A stretch of 64,000 nucleotides of DNA from Synechococcus sp. (lineage in GTDB: Bacteria; Cyanobacteriota; Cyanobacteriia; PCC-6307; Cyanobiaceae), in NCBI GenBank assembly GCA_047285805.1, contig JBJBCN010000003.1, positions 224,001-288,000 of the forward strand, read 5' to 3'. Under the pieces are notes generated by a model. That model saw only the letters and a program-made list of their open reading frames with translations, was not told where the DNA came from and searched no databases. The translations under genes were made by a program, and so were the position numbers. This document shows, one piece after another, positions 31,596-41,771 of this stretch (within the stretch, counting starts at the first letter, position 1; each line of letters opens with the position of its first letter).

Positions 31596-32342
31596 TCAGC
31601 CACGCCTGAGAACCGCCCAGGCAAATTCGGGCAACGCCAACATCCGCCGCCAACGGCTGGGCTCTTGAATCAGGCGATAGAGCCATTCGATCTGGAGCCT
31701 GCACATCCACTGGGGGGCGCGCTGCTTAGCACCCGACCAAACATCGAAACTGCCGCCCACGCCCATCCAGAGCCCCGGCTGATTGGCATGCATCCGCTGG
31801 ATCCAGGTTTCTTGACGCGGCACCCCTAACGCCACCAGCACCAGATCCGGGCGGGCCTCAATCAGTTGCTGCTCAATCCCAGGCCATTGCTCGGGGCTTT
31901 GATAGCCGTGAACGCTGAACTGCAGCGTCAGGCCAGGAATCTCCTTCTTCAGCCGGGCTGAGACCAGCGCCATCACGTCAGGACTCGCCCCCACCAGGGC
32001 CACCCGCCAGCTTCGGGAGGCGGCTTCAACCAACAGCTGACGTGCGAGCTCAATGCCAGGACTGCGCCGCACCCGCCAACCATTGCGCTTCAGGGCCCAG
32101 ACCACACCGGCCCCATCCGGGATCACGAGGTCAGCAGCCTCGATCGCCCCACCCAGGGCAGGATTGACAAGGGCCGCCATCGTCATTTCGGCGTTCAAGG
32201 TGACGATCTGGCCGCCGCCCTGCTGCTTCAACGCCAGAGCCGCCTCGAGGACATCGGCGGCTACGGCCACCTGCACACCCAGGACCTGGGCGACCTCCCA
32301 GGCAGGCTGATCAAATGCTTGAGGGCTGGCGGGAGTCGCCAT
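31596..32342 (-). CDS. WecB/TagA/CpsF-family glycosyltransferase
   Basis: VTLNAE, PDGAGVVWA, VALGVPRQE, GVGGSFDV and EWLYRL. Confidence 0.92.
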   Translation of the reverse strand: MATPASPQAFDQPAWEVAQVLGVQVAVAADVLEAALALKQQGGGQIVTLNAEMTMAALVNPALGGAIEAADLVIPDGAGVVWALKRNGWRVRRSPGIELARQLLVEAASRSWRVALVGASPDVMALVSARLKKEIPGLTLQFSVHGYQSPEQWPGIEQQLIEARPDLVLVALGVPRQETWIQRMHANQPGLWMGVGGSFDVWSGAKQRAPQWMCRLQIEWLYRLIQEPSRWRRMLALPEFAWAVLRRG

Positions 32343-32405
32343 TGATGCCGTGGGGGATAGGCCGCACGAGAGAATCTATGGCTGGCCTTCAGGCAGTGCT
32401 CGCCC

Positions 32406-35400
32406 ATGCCCCTCAGCAGCGCCCCGGTTGCGAACAGCGCCGCACCGCTGCGACTGAGTGCCGCTGAAGCCTGGCAGCACCTGAAGGAACTGGACCGCCA
32501 AATCGATCAGGTGGTGCTACAGCGCCAACACCCGATCACCGGCCTGCTCCCCGCCAGCACCGCCAACAACGTTCACGGCAACTATGGCGATGCCTGGGTG
32601 CGGGACTGCGTCTATTCAATCCAATGCGTCTGGGGCCTCTCTCTGGCCCACCGGCGCCTCAGTGGTGCCACCTCCCGCGTCTACGAGCTAGAGCAGCGGG
32701 TACTGCAACTGATGCGGGGCCTGCTCAACGCGATGTTGCGCCAAGCCCACAAGGTCGAGCGCTTCAAGCAGACCCTCTCACCGCTCGATTGCCTGCACGC
32801 CAAGTACGACACCGGCAGCGGCGATCCCGTGGTCCCAGACGACGGTTGGGGTCATCTGCAGCTCGATGCCACGGCCCTGTTTCTGCTGCAGCTCGCCCAG
32901 CTGACCCGCTCGGGACTGGTCGTGGTCCAAACCAGCCATGAGCGGGACTTCCTGCAAAACCTTGTGTATTACGTCGCCCGCGCCTATCGCGTGCGCGATT
33001 ACGGCATTTGGGAGCGGGGCGACAAGGGCAACCACGGCCTACCGGAGCGCAACGCCAGCTCTATTGGCCTCGTCAAAGCGGCCCTCGAAGCCCTGGAGGG
33101 TCTGGATCTCTATGGCCCCCACGGCAGCGGGCACTGCCATCTGCACATCCCCCACGACGCCATCGTGCGGCTGCGGCGCGCCCTGAGCGGCCTGCTGCCG
33201 CGCGAGTCCGCCAGCAAGGAGGTGGATGCAGCCTGCCTCTCAGTGATCGGCTACCCGGCCTGGGCCGTGGAAGACCGCGCCCTGGTGGAGCGCACCCGGG
33301 ACAAAATCCGCACCGAACTAGGCGGCCCCTACGGCTACAAGCGCTTCCGCCGCGACGGCCACCAAACCGTGGTAGAGGACCACAACCGGCTGCATTACGA
33401 GCGCGAGGAACTGGCCCAGTTCGAGCACATCGAATGCGAGTGGCCCCTGTTCTTGGCCTACGAGCTGATCACGGCATGCTGCGAAGAGCGCTGGAGTGAG
33501 GCCTGGAGCTGGCGGGAGCGGCTGCGCAAGGTGGCCGTGGAGGTTGACGGGATCGCGCTGCTCCCTGAGGTGTATGTGGTCCCCAAAGAACGTGTTGAAG
33601 CAGAGCGCCAACAACCGGGAAGCCAGGAGCGGATCGCCAACGACAACGTGCCGTTGCTCTGGACGCAGAGCCTGACCTGGCTGGGTGATCTGATGCTGCT
33701 AGGCCTACTGGAGCCGCAGCAACTCGACCCCAGCGAGCGGCGCCGCAGCCGCAGCCTTGGCGCAACGGAGGTGCTGGTCAGTTTTGTTCCCGCACGCGAG
33801 AGCATCGCGGCGGCACTCGAGCAGGCCGGCCTCGCCGTGAGCAGGCCGACCGGTGCCATCAGCATTGCCAGCTCCAAGGAGCTGGCAGTGCTGATGGCAC
33901 CAGTGGGAGCCAATGCCCGTCTGGGGATGAGCGGCCACCCGCGCTTGCGAATGGAGACCATGGCCACAGCCCGTTTCTACCGCCAAGACCGTCAAACGCT
34001 GGCCTTTCTGCCCGCGGTACTGGAAGAGAGCACCTTCTACCTCTCCGATGACCCCGAGCAACTGGTCGATGCGGTCGCCAACGAAATCAGTCAGTTGCAG
34101 CGCCACTGGCGCGGCAGCGGTCTGCCGCTGTTGCTGATCCCCGTCGAAGAAGGTCCATTCCAGCGCAGCCCAGCTACCTTCGTGCGGCTGGGGGAAACCC
34201 TGCGAAGCGGCGTCCTGGGTGGCACCGCTGTTCAACTCGGCAGCCTGGATGACCTCGCCAGCCAAGGCTGCTGGGCCGACCTACCCAGCCACCAACCCAA
34301 AGCGGACGAGATAGCAGCAGCGGAGCTGACCCAGGGGCTGCAAAGCAGCAACCTCGACAAACGGCTAACCGCAGCAGACGAGCAGGAGCTAGAGGAGTCC
34401 AGCCTCGATGCCCTGATGGAGCGGCTCTGGCAAAGCGGATCCCTACAAGAACAAGCTGAGCTGCTGGAACTGCTGGTGCGCCGGCTAGGGCTCTCCACAG
34501 TTCTGACGGGGCCCAGCGGCAACGCCACCCCCAAGGCCCTGCTGGAGGAGGCTTACCGCCGGGGCCTCAAAGAGGGGGACTGGAATGTGGTCCGGCGCTG
34601 CGCTGGCGTCCTGGGCTTGGTGCATCCCCAACTCGAAGATGCACTGACCGATCTATTAGTGCGCCAAAAGCAAGTCGTGGTTGGACGCAATTACACCAAT
34701 GACTCCCTAATCACCCAGCCCCTCAGCAGCAAAACCATTTCTGCACGGATCAGGCGCTATAGCGGCGAGGACAGCCGCGAATGGGTGCTGCAACAGGAGC
34801 TCCTGCTCGCCCTCGATGGCCTCGCCCGGCGTGATCCAGCCCTCCTCAGCGGCAGCCTGACCCTGCAGCTGGGGCAGCTCTTACTGCTACTCACCAGTGA
34901 AGTGGCTAGTCAGAAGAACCTCTCACCAAGCGACGCATTCGAGGCCCTCTGCGATACCCCTCCCCACGCTATTGGGCGCCGGCTCAAGCAGGTTCTCAGC
35001 GATGTGGAACACGCCAAGGCCGCCCTCCAACGCAAAGAGCAACTTCACCTCAGCGGCCGGGTGAGCTGGGAGGCGCCAGCACCCCTCGAGGAACTCGAAA
35101 AGGGCGAGAACTGGCTCAAGCACCGCGAGCGCATGGGAGCGCTACAAAACGTTCCGCGGGACTTCCACCCGGGGATATGGAGCCTCCTGCACCATTGCCA
35201 CGGCCTAGTCATCGGCGACAAGCTCGAGCGCCGCAACCGGCTCGAGAGCGCGCCGCTGCTGAAGGAGAAAACCCCCGGCGAGCGCAACTTCGCGGTGCAC
35301 GTGGAGCACCTGCTCAGCAAGATCGAGGCCCCGGAGTACCGGCGCCTCTGCATCGAGACCCTGGTGACCCTGATTGCCTTTGTCGATACGAACCCGGAGG

Positions 35401-35612
35401 TCAGCGTCGATGACGACATCGTGCTGGATGTAGTGATTGGCCACGCCGTTCGGGTCGGCTGGCAACAACGCCATCCCGACTCCGATCCCTCTGACTACGG
35501 CAGCAACAAAGGCGATGCCTGGGATCAGTTTTATCGCTCGTCTCCAGCCGAATGCCGCCGCTGGCAACTGAAAGCTCTTCAAGAACTATCAAATCCTCAA
35601 AGCAACAACTGA
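32406..35612 (+). CDS. GH15-fold protein related to phosphorylase kinase alpha/beta subunits
   Basis: QHPITGLLPAS, AWVRD, WGHLQLDA, DYGIWERGDK, KRFRRDG, ECEWP and C-terminal TPGERNFA..IEAPEYR. Confidence 0.85.
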   Translation: MPLSSAPVANSAAPLRLSAAEAWQHLKELDRQIDQVVLQRQHPITGLLPASTANNVHGNYGDAWVRDCVYSIQCVWGLSLAHRRLSGATSRVYELEQRVLQLMRGLLNAMLRQAHKVERFKQTLSPLDCLHAKYDTGSGDPVVPDDGWGHLQLDATALFLLQLAQLTRSGLVVVQTSHERDFLQNLVYYVARAYRVRDYGIWERGDKGNHGLPERNASSIGLVKAALEALEGLDLYGPHGSGHCHLHIPHDAIVRLRRALSGLLPRESASKEVDAACLSVIGYPAWAVEDRALVERTRDKIRTELGGPYGYKRFRRDGHQTVVEDHNRLHYEREELAQFEHIECEWPLFLAYELITACCEERWSEAWSWRERLRKVAVEVDGIALLPEVYVVPKERVEAERQQPGSQERIANDNVPLLWTQSLTWLGDLMLLGLLEPQQLDPSERRRSRSLGATEVLVSFVPARESIAAALEQAGLAVSRPTGAISIASSKELAVLMAPVGANARLGMSGHPRLRMETMATARFYRQDRQTLAFLPAVLEESTFYLSDDPEQLVDAVANEISQLQRHWRGSGLPLLLIPVEEGPFQRSPATFVRLGETLRSGVLGGTAVQLGSLDDLASQGCWADLPSHQPKADEIAAAELTQGLQSSNLDKRLTAADEQELEESSLDALMERLWQSGSLQEQAELLELLVRRLGLSTVLTGPSGNATPKALLEEAYRRGLKEGDWNVVRRCAGVLGLVHPQLEDALTDLLVRQKQVVVGRNYTNDSLITQPLSSKTISARIRRYSGEDSREWVLQQELLLALDGLARRDPALLSGSLTLQLGQLLLLLTSEVASQKNLSPSDAFEALCDTPPHAIGRRLKQVLSDVEHAKAALQRKEQLHLSGRVSWEAPAPLEELEKGENWLKHRERMGALQNVPRDFHPGIWSLLHHCHGLVIGDKLERRNRLESAPLLKEKTPGERNFAVHVEHLLSKIEAPEYRRLCIETLVTLIAFVDTNPEVSVDDDIVLDVVIGHAVRVGWQQRHPDSDPSDYGSNKGDAWDQFYRSSPAECRRWQLKALQELSNPQSNN

Positions 35613-35726
35613 AGACAAGTTTTCCTATTCAGCAATAAACGTGCAGGCAAGTCTACATACAACAATAAGAGAGGAAGACAGAGCAGATGCACACCACACA
35701 GATGGTCGGCGGGTTCAAGATCGAAG

Positions 35727-36446
35727 TCAATTAGAGAGCTTAGTAGCAATAATATAGTGGTTATTCGGCTCCTCAGACAAATCGGCCAATGAGAATAACA
35801 GGCAAACAGGAATAGCAATGACTGCAAAAAGAATCATAAATGGCAATAAAGGATAAAAAAGACGCGTTCTTCGATGAATGCCTATATCAGACAAGCCTTG
35901 AACCCTTAATGACTGGAGGATCATATAGAACAAGCGAGATGCAATAGTAAACCAAGCTCCACCCCTTGGCTCAAGCGTGTCAATCGTGAATCCCGCGCTG
36001 TCAAGGGCTTTTTGAATCCAAAAACGCGTGAAGTTATAATAGTGAAATGGAATCATATGTATATTACTAGTCTGCGGGATCAAAAGAATAATTCTTCCTC
36101 CAGTACGGCAGAGTCTGGCACACTCCGACAGCATTAAGGCAGGATCGTAGACATGCTCGAGGACTTGTATGCTGAGCACCAAGTCAAAAGATTCGTCAGG
36201 CAAAGGAACACAACAACCATCGGCACAAATTAGCTCTACCCTGGGATACTGCTGAACAACAGAAGATCGACCAATGGAAGGATCCACAGTCGTCCACGAA
36301 GAAAATTTAATTCCACGACGAAGAACATCCTTATAGAAAGAACCTCCCCCCATGTCTAAAACATCCCCATTTCCGTAAATCTGCAGATCAGAGAATAACT
36401 TCTGACTCAGAAGATTTCTAATGAAATAAAGGAAGCCGCGAACCAT
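35727..36446 (-). CDS. Class I SAM-dependent methyltransferase
   Basis: VLDMGGG, ESFDLVLSIQVLEHV and GGRIILLIP. Confidence 0.85.
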   Translation of the reverse strand: MVRGFLYFIRNLLSQKLFSDLQIYGNGDVLDMGGGSFYKDVLRRGIKFSSWTTVDPSIGRSSVVQQYPRVELICADGCCVPLPDESFDLVLSIQVLEHVYDPALMLSECARLCRTGGRIILLIPQTSNIHMIPFHYYNFTRFWIQKALDSAGFTIDTLEPRGGAWFTIASRLFYMILQSLRVQGLSDIGIHRRTRLFYPLLPFMILFAVIAIPVCLLFSLADLSEEPNNHYIIATKLSN

Positions 36447-36567
36447 CAGAAGGAGGGAGATGGAACATAATCATGCCACAACCTGAAACCATGGAAAAGA
36501 AGCTAAGTCAATCTAGAGCAATCAAGAGCAACCAAAGTAGTAAGCTGATGGTGCCACTCCAGAAAAC

Positions 36568-37497
36568 ATGTCACAACTAGTATCAGTCATAATTCCAGTA
36601 TATAAAACGACAGACACTTTAATCCAGCTGTGCGCTAGGATCAAAGGAGCGCTCCAAGATTATTGCGCTTACGAAATAATTCTGGTTGACGACAACAGCT
36701 CCGAGGAGTCCTGGCCAACAATTAGAGGCATATGCAAAAAAGAGAGACTGGTGCGTGGAGTAAAACTCTTAAAGAATTATGGTCAGCATAATGCACTAGC
36801 TTGCGGCATAAGCAGATCAAAAGGAGACATTATTGCAACACTAGACGATGACTTACAACATCCACCAGAATGCCTGCCTGAACTCATTGCAGAACTAGGG
36901 AGCACGTTTGACGTTGTTTATGGCAAGCCACAAGAAAGATCAACAACATTAATTAGGCAGTTAATAAGCAAAGCAACCAAGAATGTTCTTTCTATATTGG
37001 CACGAGACGAAAATATAGCAGTGAACGCTTCCGCATTAAGAGTGTTCCAGGGTAGATTGAGAGTACTCTTTAACAGTCATGCAAACCCAAGTACAAATGT
37101 GGATGTAGTTTTAAGCTGGGGTGCTAGTAATTACTGCATTAGGCCTGTAAATTTTAACTTCAGAGCCCAGGGCGACTCAGGCTACTCACTTAAAAGACTG
37201 GCGAGACATGCAACTAATATACTTACTGGCATGACAACTACACCACTTAGGCTTGCAAGCATTCTTGGAGTGACGATGTTCGCTTTTGGCCTCTTATTGA
37301 TCATCTACTTGGTAAGCATCGGTATTGCTTATGGGACACCGGTTCCGGGGTTCATGTTCATAGCTACAACGATCTGTCTTTTTAATGGTGCTCAAATGCT
37401 TGCTATTGGTATCATTGGTGAATACCTGGCTAGAGTTTACCTTCGAGCCTCTGATAGACCGTGTTTCATTGTAAGAGAAGAATTGAATGCAACCTGA
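36568..37497 (+). CDS. GT2 glycosyltransferase, ArnC/GtrB (polyprenol-phosphate sugar synthase) type
   Basis: SVIIPVY, ILVDDNS, NYGQHNA, DDDLQHPP and FDVVYG, then two C-terminal TM segments ending GIIGEYLARVY. Confidence 0.88.
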   Translation: MSQLVSVIIPVYKTTDTLIQLCARIKGALQDYCAYEIILVDDNSSEESWPTIRGICKKERLVRGVKLLKNYGQHNALACGISRSKGDIIATLDDDLQHPPECLPELIAELGSTFDVVYGKPQERSTTLIRQLISKATKNVLSILARDENIAVNASALRVFQGRLRVLFNSHANPSTNVDVVLSWGASNYCIRPVNFNFRAQGDSGYSLKRLARHATNILTGMTTTPLRLASILGVTMFAFGLLLIIYLVSIGIAYGTPVPGFMFIATTICLFNGAQMLAIGIIGEYLARVYLRASDRPCFIVREELNAT

Positions 37498-38260
37498 GGA
37501 ATTTCACTTAAAGTCGTGCTCGGTGAAGCTAAGACTAAATTCTTATGATTCATCAGTTTTCAACGGACCTGTCTATGATCTATTTTCGTTGAAGCTTGAT
37601 GATAGCGAACACGCCGCCAGAGACCTAGGATCATTACTATTTGACCTAAAGGCATTTGCAGCGACTAGTTCATCTTCGATATTAGATTACAGGGTTAATG
37701 CGGCTCTACAGCGCTGCGGATTCGTAGTCGCCGATAGCACGATCGAGCCATATCTACTTCATGAGGATTATTTAGATAGTTGCAATGATTACGCTGAGGA
37801 CATCATGGTCATAGATCAGCCTTCTAAATTTGAGAGACGTGCTGCATGTGAGATTGCACGTTTATGCTTTAGAAATCAGCGCTATCATATAGACGATAGA
37901 TTCGATAATAATCTAGCTGATTTGCGCTACGTAAAATGGGTAGAAAGCACGGAGATCTCTGATGAACAAAGATTAGTGATTTTAGCGAATACGGAAGGTC
38001 TGATAAGTTTTTTTGTAACTCAAGAAGTCAGAGATTCAAAATCTGTCTATTGGCATCTTAATGCTATCAATCCAAAATCACAAGGTAAAGGTCTTGGCAA
38101 GATTTGCTGGCAAAAGATGCTAGACTATCATTGGTCAAAGGGAGCATTATCTATTAAGACCACAATCTCCTGCCATAATACGAGGGCTTTGCGTATATAC
38201 TCTTCTTTAGGATTTAGATTTAAGAATCACAATCTTAAGATGCATTGGCAACGGCTTTAG
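37487..38260 (+). CDS. GNAT acetyltransferase, WecD/RffC (dTDP-fucosamine acetyltransferase)-like
   Basis: RYHIDDRF..RYVKW, acetyl-CoA motif QGKGLG and NTRALRIYSSLGF; two genes upstream of a wecE-like gene. Confidence 0.7.
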   Translation: MQPEEFHLKSCSVKLRLNSYDSSVFNGPVYDLFSLKLDDSEHAARDLGSLLFDLKAFAATSSSSILDYRVNAALQRCGFVVADSTIEPYLLHEDYLDSCNDYAEDIMVIDQPSKFERRAACEIARLCFRNQRYHIDDRFDNNLADLRYVKWVESTEISDEQRLVILANTEGLISFFVTQEVRDSKSVYWHLNAINPKSQGKGLGKICWQKMLDYHWSKGALSIKTTISCHNTRALRIYSSLGFRFKNHNLKMHWQRL

Positions 38261-38351
38261 AATCACACCAGCGAAAACTCGTGGACTACGAGTCGGTGGA
38301 GCTGTTGGCTTGTTATGGCTGCTAAGATTAAGATTAAGTTCGGACTACGTC

Positions 38352-38966
38352 ATGCAAAGGACAGACGGATGGCGTAGATTTTTAGGAAAAGCTTCAATCT
38401 ATAACTTGGTGCAGAATATACTTGGTGCCGAAGCCTTTAGAGCAATCTATGTAAAAGACTATATAAAACCAAAGAGTGGGGACAGGGTTCTGGATATTGG
38501 ATGCGGAACTAGCGAAATTCTCAAGCACCTAGATCCTTCTATAGTTTATGTGGGATGCGATATGTCTATAGATTATATTGGATATTCACGAAGCAAGTAT
38601 GGTAATCGAGGCGAATTTCATAATAAGAATGCTTCAGACCTAGAAGGTTTAGCGGATTCAAAATTTGATATCGTGTTGGTCAACGGTCTTTTACATCATC
38701 TTGATGACTCAGAGGTAATTGAGTTACTCAGATATGCAAAGAGGAATCTTGTTCAGGGAGGACGACTGAGCACATTTGATCCTTGTTTGGTTGAGAGTCA
38801 GAATTGGTTGGCCCGGTTTTTAATTAATAGAGATCGCGGCAAGAATGTAAGAACAATAAAAGCATATCTTGACTTGGTTAGCAGTGAGTTTTGTGAAGTT
38901 TCGTATTCAGTTAGGCATGATTTGCTCAGGGTCCCCTATACCCACATAATTATAGATGGAAAATGA
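38352..38966 (+). CDS. Class I SAM-dependent methyltransferase
   Basis: VLDIGCGT, FDIVLVNGLLHHL and DRGKNVR; ATG 38352 preferred over TTG 38310. Confidence 0.85.
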   Translation: MQRTDGWRRFLGKASIYNLVQNILGAEAFRAIYVKDYIKPKSGDRVLDIGCGTSEILKHLDPSIVYVGCDMSIDYIGYSRSKYGNRGEFHNKNASDLEGLADSKFDIVLVNGLLHHLDDSEVIELLRYAKRNLVQGGRLSTFDPCLVESQNWLARFLINRDRGKNVRTIKAYLDLVSSEFCEVSYSVRHDLLRVPYTHIIIDGK

Positions 38967-40102
38967 AGATGATTCCCTTCAATAAGCCGTATCTAACAGG
39001 TGATGAGCTTATAAATATCCAGGCAGCACATCAAATAGGACAACTTGCTGGTGATGGTAATTTTACTAAAGACTGTCAGTCTTGGCTGCAGTCTTACTTT
39101 AATGCTGAACTAGCTCTCATTACTCACTCTTGTACAGCGGCCTTAGAAATGTCAGCGCTTTTGGGTGACATTAAAGCCGGTGATGAAGTGATCTTGCCAT
39201 CATATACATTCGTTTCGACAGCAAACGCATTTGCATTGAGGGGAGCCACACCCGTATTTGTTGATATAAATCCAGAGACGCTGAATGTTGATGAAGATAA
39301 GATGATTAATGCAATTACGAGTAAGACAAAGGCCCTTGTTCCTGTTAATTATGGTGGTTCTTGTTGTGATTTGGATAGGCTCGTCGAAGCCAAGATTGCA
39401 TCTTCGTTGCTTCTCATTGAGGATGCTGCACAATCAATTTTATCGACATATCGAGGAAAGCCACTCGGTTCCATTGGTGATCTGAGTACAATAAGCTTTC
39501 ATGAAACGAAGAATATTATCAGTGGAGAAGGAGGAGCCTTAATTATTAATAATCCTAATTTTTCCGCTCGCGCTGAGATTATTAGGGAGAAGGGAACTGA
39601 TCGTAGTTTGTTTTTCCGTGGGATAACTGATAAGTATACCTGGAGAGATATCGGAAGTTCGTTCTTGCCGGGTGAGTTGATCGCAGCATTCCTCAATGCG
39701 CAGCTAGTGAAGTCTTACGAAATTACCGATAGACGAAAGAGGTTATGGATGCGTTATCACACAGCTTTCGCAGATATTGAATCCATTGGAATTGTCCGTC
39801 GACCAAGAATACCGGAATACTGCAATCACAATGGACATATATATTATCTTCTGCTTAATTCAGAAGCCTCAAGGGATCAGTTTATATCCAGGATGATGGA
39901 GAAGGGGATACGATGCGTTTTTCACTATATTCCCTTACATTCTGCTCCCTTTGGAATTAAAGTCGGTAGAGTTGCTTCTGAAATGAATGCAACGAATCAG
40001 GTCTCTTCAACCATTGTTAGACTTCCTCTTTGGGTTGGACTAGAAGAATACCAAGAATACGTCATAGATGAAGCAATAAATACTCTCAAGACTCTCTTGT
40101 AG
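38963..40102 (+). CDS. wecE: dTDP-4-amino-4,6-dideoxygalactose transaminase (WecE/RffA)
   Basis: IPFNKP, SCTAALEM, EDAAQ, SFHETKN..GEGG, REKGTDRS and DKYTW..GSS. Confidence 0.9.
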   Translation: MKMIPFNKPYLTGDELINIQAAHQIGQLAGDGNFTKDCQSWLQSYFNAELALITHSCTAALEMSALLGDIKAGDEVILPSYTFVSTANAFALRGATPVFVDINPETLNVDEDKMINAITSKTKALVPVNYGGSCCDLDRLVEAKIASSLLLIEDAAQSILSTYRGKPLGSIGDLSTISFHETKNIISGEGGALIINNPNFSARAEIIREKGTDRSLFFRGITDKYTWRDIGSSFLPGELIAAFLNAQLVKSYEITDRRKRLWMRYHTAFADIESIGIVRRPRIPEYCNHNGHIYYLLLNSEASRDQFISRMMEKGIRCVFHYIPLHSAPFGIKVGRVASEMNATNQVSSTIVRLPLWVGLEEYQEYVIDEAINTLKTLL

Positions 40103-41372
40103 AAGCATTAAAGAGTTCGTATGTATATTTTAGAGTATATGCAAGCATGATTCCAAATATGGCCGGACACCATACGAAGTCAAATAGGTCTTGACTAAGG
40201 AATTGCAAACTGGGGTCATAGGGCCTGTAATTAAAAATCAAGACTGGGATGCATAATACATGCAATACAGCACAAGTAGCGCGATTTAGTTTGAATTTAG
40301 TTATCGCGCTCGTATTAATCAAGATGATTTTTGATGGATTTATAAGATGAGCATAAAAGGCAGATGCTCCAATATAAAAGAAACCTACGGATACAAGCTT
40401 GTAGTTTGCAGATGTAGCAAAGAGATACAGCAAACAAAAAGCAGATGCTCCCATTGCTGCGGTCAACGCGGACATTGTTAATTGTGGGTTTAGTCTAAGT
40501 TCTGTTGAGATATTGACTTTTTTCCCTAAGGATAAAAAAAGCATACTCGTCACTACGATGATCGAGATCTTTATAAATAAGTCGCTGTGAGAGTCAACAG
40601 CTACTAGAAGTCCATGTATCTCTCCTGGCTCTATCTGTATACGAGTGGCATTTTTTCCAGGAAGCCCCGAAGGGAATAGGATGAGTACTGCACACAATGT
40701 GGAGAATATTGATGCAACTAATATTGCTTTTTTCTTGCTAAAATGATTGCTTATAATCCCATTTAAAAAAAGCATTGGAAACGTAAAGACTTTAATGGCT
40801 GCACTCAGTAGAATCAAGACCTGGGACAAAAGCATTTTAATGCTAGTCTTGCGAGATTTATGTCTTGATTTATTTGTCAGCGGTATAACCAGACAGCCAA
40901 GAATGCACAAACTCCAAGATATCGAATCAAGTTGTCCTCTTTCAAGCATATACCTTACAGGATAAGAGAGCCAAAAGACTAAGTAAGCTAAATAAAAGCT
41001 TGTACTACCTGGAGCTCTTAAGCTGACCATAAAGACGGCGACTGCAAAAAAGGTAGCAAAAATAATAGCTAGTATGCTCGGGGATAAAAATAAAAACGAT
41101 GGCAGTACTCTTGCTAGCAGAAACGGGAGTATCGGATAATCAAATCCACCTGGAGGAACGCCATAGAATTGATCACTACAAGAACCTGTTGAGTAGAATT
41201 CAAATACTGGTTTAGAGCAAATAGCATTGATTGTAAGTATATAGATGTCCCTAAAAGGCGGGAATGCGGTTGGAATTCCTGCAAATGGTAGGCCTGCATT
41301 ATCTAAGGCATAAAAAATTACCTCGCCAATGACCAATACTGGAGGCAATACCAAGACTAGATATCTAAGCAT
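40086..41372 (-). CDS. Polytopic membrane protein, putative GT-C glycosyltransferase (GT87/DUF2029-like)
   Basis: About 10 hydrophobic segments; loop motifs PFRDI, FDYP, ERGQLD and AAIKVF recall GT87-like proteins. Confidence 0.55.
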   Translation of the reverse strand: MLRYLVLVLPPVLVIGEVIFYALDNAGLPFAGIPTAFPPFRDIYILTINAICSKPVFEFYSTGSCSDQFYGVPPGGFDYPILPFLLARVLPSFLFLSPSILAIIFATFFAVAVFMVSLRAPGSTSFYLAYLVFWLSYPVRYMLERGQLDSISWSLCILGCLVIPLTNKSRHKSRKTSIKMLLSQVLILLSAAIKVFTFPMLFLNGIISNHFSKKKAILVASIFSTLCAVLILFPSGLPGKNATRIQIEPGEIHGLLVAVDSHSDLFIKISIIVVTSMLFLSLGKKVNISTELRLNPQLTMSALTAAMGASAFCLLYLFATSANYKLVSVGFFYIGASAFYAHLINPSKIILINTSAITKFKLNRATCAVLHVLCIPVLIFNYRPYDPSLQFLSQDLFDFVWCPAIFGIMLAYTLKYTYELFNASTRES

Positions 41373-41640
41373 ATTCGGGAAGAGTATATGCCAAAATAAT
41401 CCATATTACTGTGCTGACGAAGTAGCCAATCAGCAAAGAGAATATGATCGTTATAATCTTATACCGCCAACTTGATTTGCTAGACTGCACAGAATTAAGA
41501 ATCAACAATGAGGCGCAGACCTGGAAGATCAAGAATATGATAGTCCAAACGCGAAGCGGAAAAATATCAAAACGCGAGTTAATCGCTCTTGCTGGTCCTA
41601 TCAAGATTTGAACTAGACTAGTCATAGTCAAATAGACCAC
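41365..41640 (-). CDS. Small hypothetical membrane protein
   Basis: 91 aa with 2-3 hydrophobic helices; overlaps the start of the downstream membrane gene by 8 nt. Confidence 0.5.
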   Translation of the reverse strand: MVYLTMTSLVQILIGPARAINSRFDIFPLRVWTIIFLIFQVCASLLILNSVQSSKSSWRYKIITIIFSLLIGYFVSTVIWIILAYTLPEYA

Positions 41641-41771
41641 TCTTTACTCGCAGCAAGGAAACCTGAAGAAATTTGGCCCTGAACAAGCAAAATCATAAGA
41701 TTGAACTTTTATCACACTTGAATAGGCAATTAAATATCTAAGGGTTGGGACTCATGAAATTTATCAATGGT

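Larger units (their letters stand above)
35613..41765. other. AT-rich genomic islet 1 (surface glycan modification)
   Basis: Abrupt visible drop in GC between the GH15 gene and the Gfo/Idh/MocA gene; only glycan-related ORFs; no integrase or transposase seen. Confidence 0.8.

Noticed and set aside
36568..40102. Complete enterobacterial common antigen pathway
   Set aside because: Only WecD/WecE-like genes are here; there is no wecB, wecC, wecF, wzxE or wzzE. The WecA-like and TagA-like genes in the window have core-like composition and lie outside the islet.
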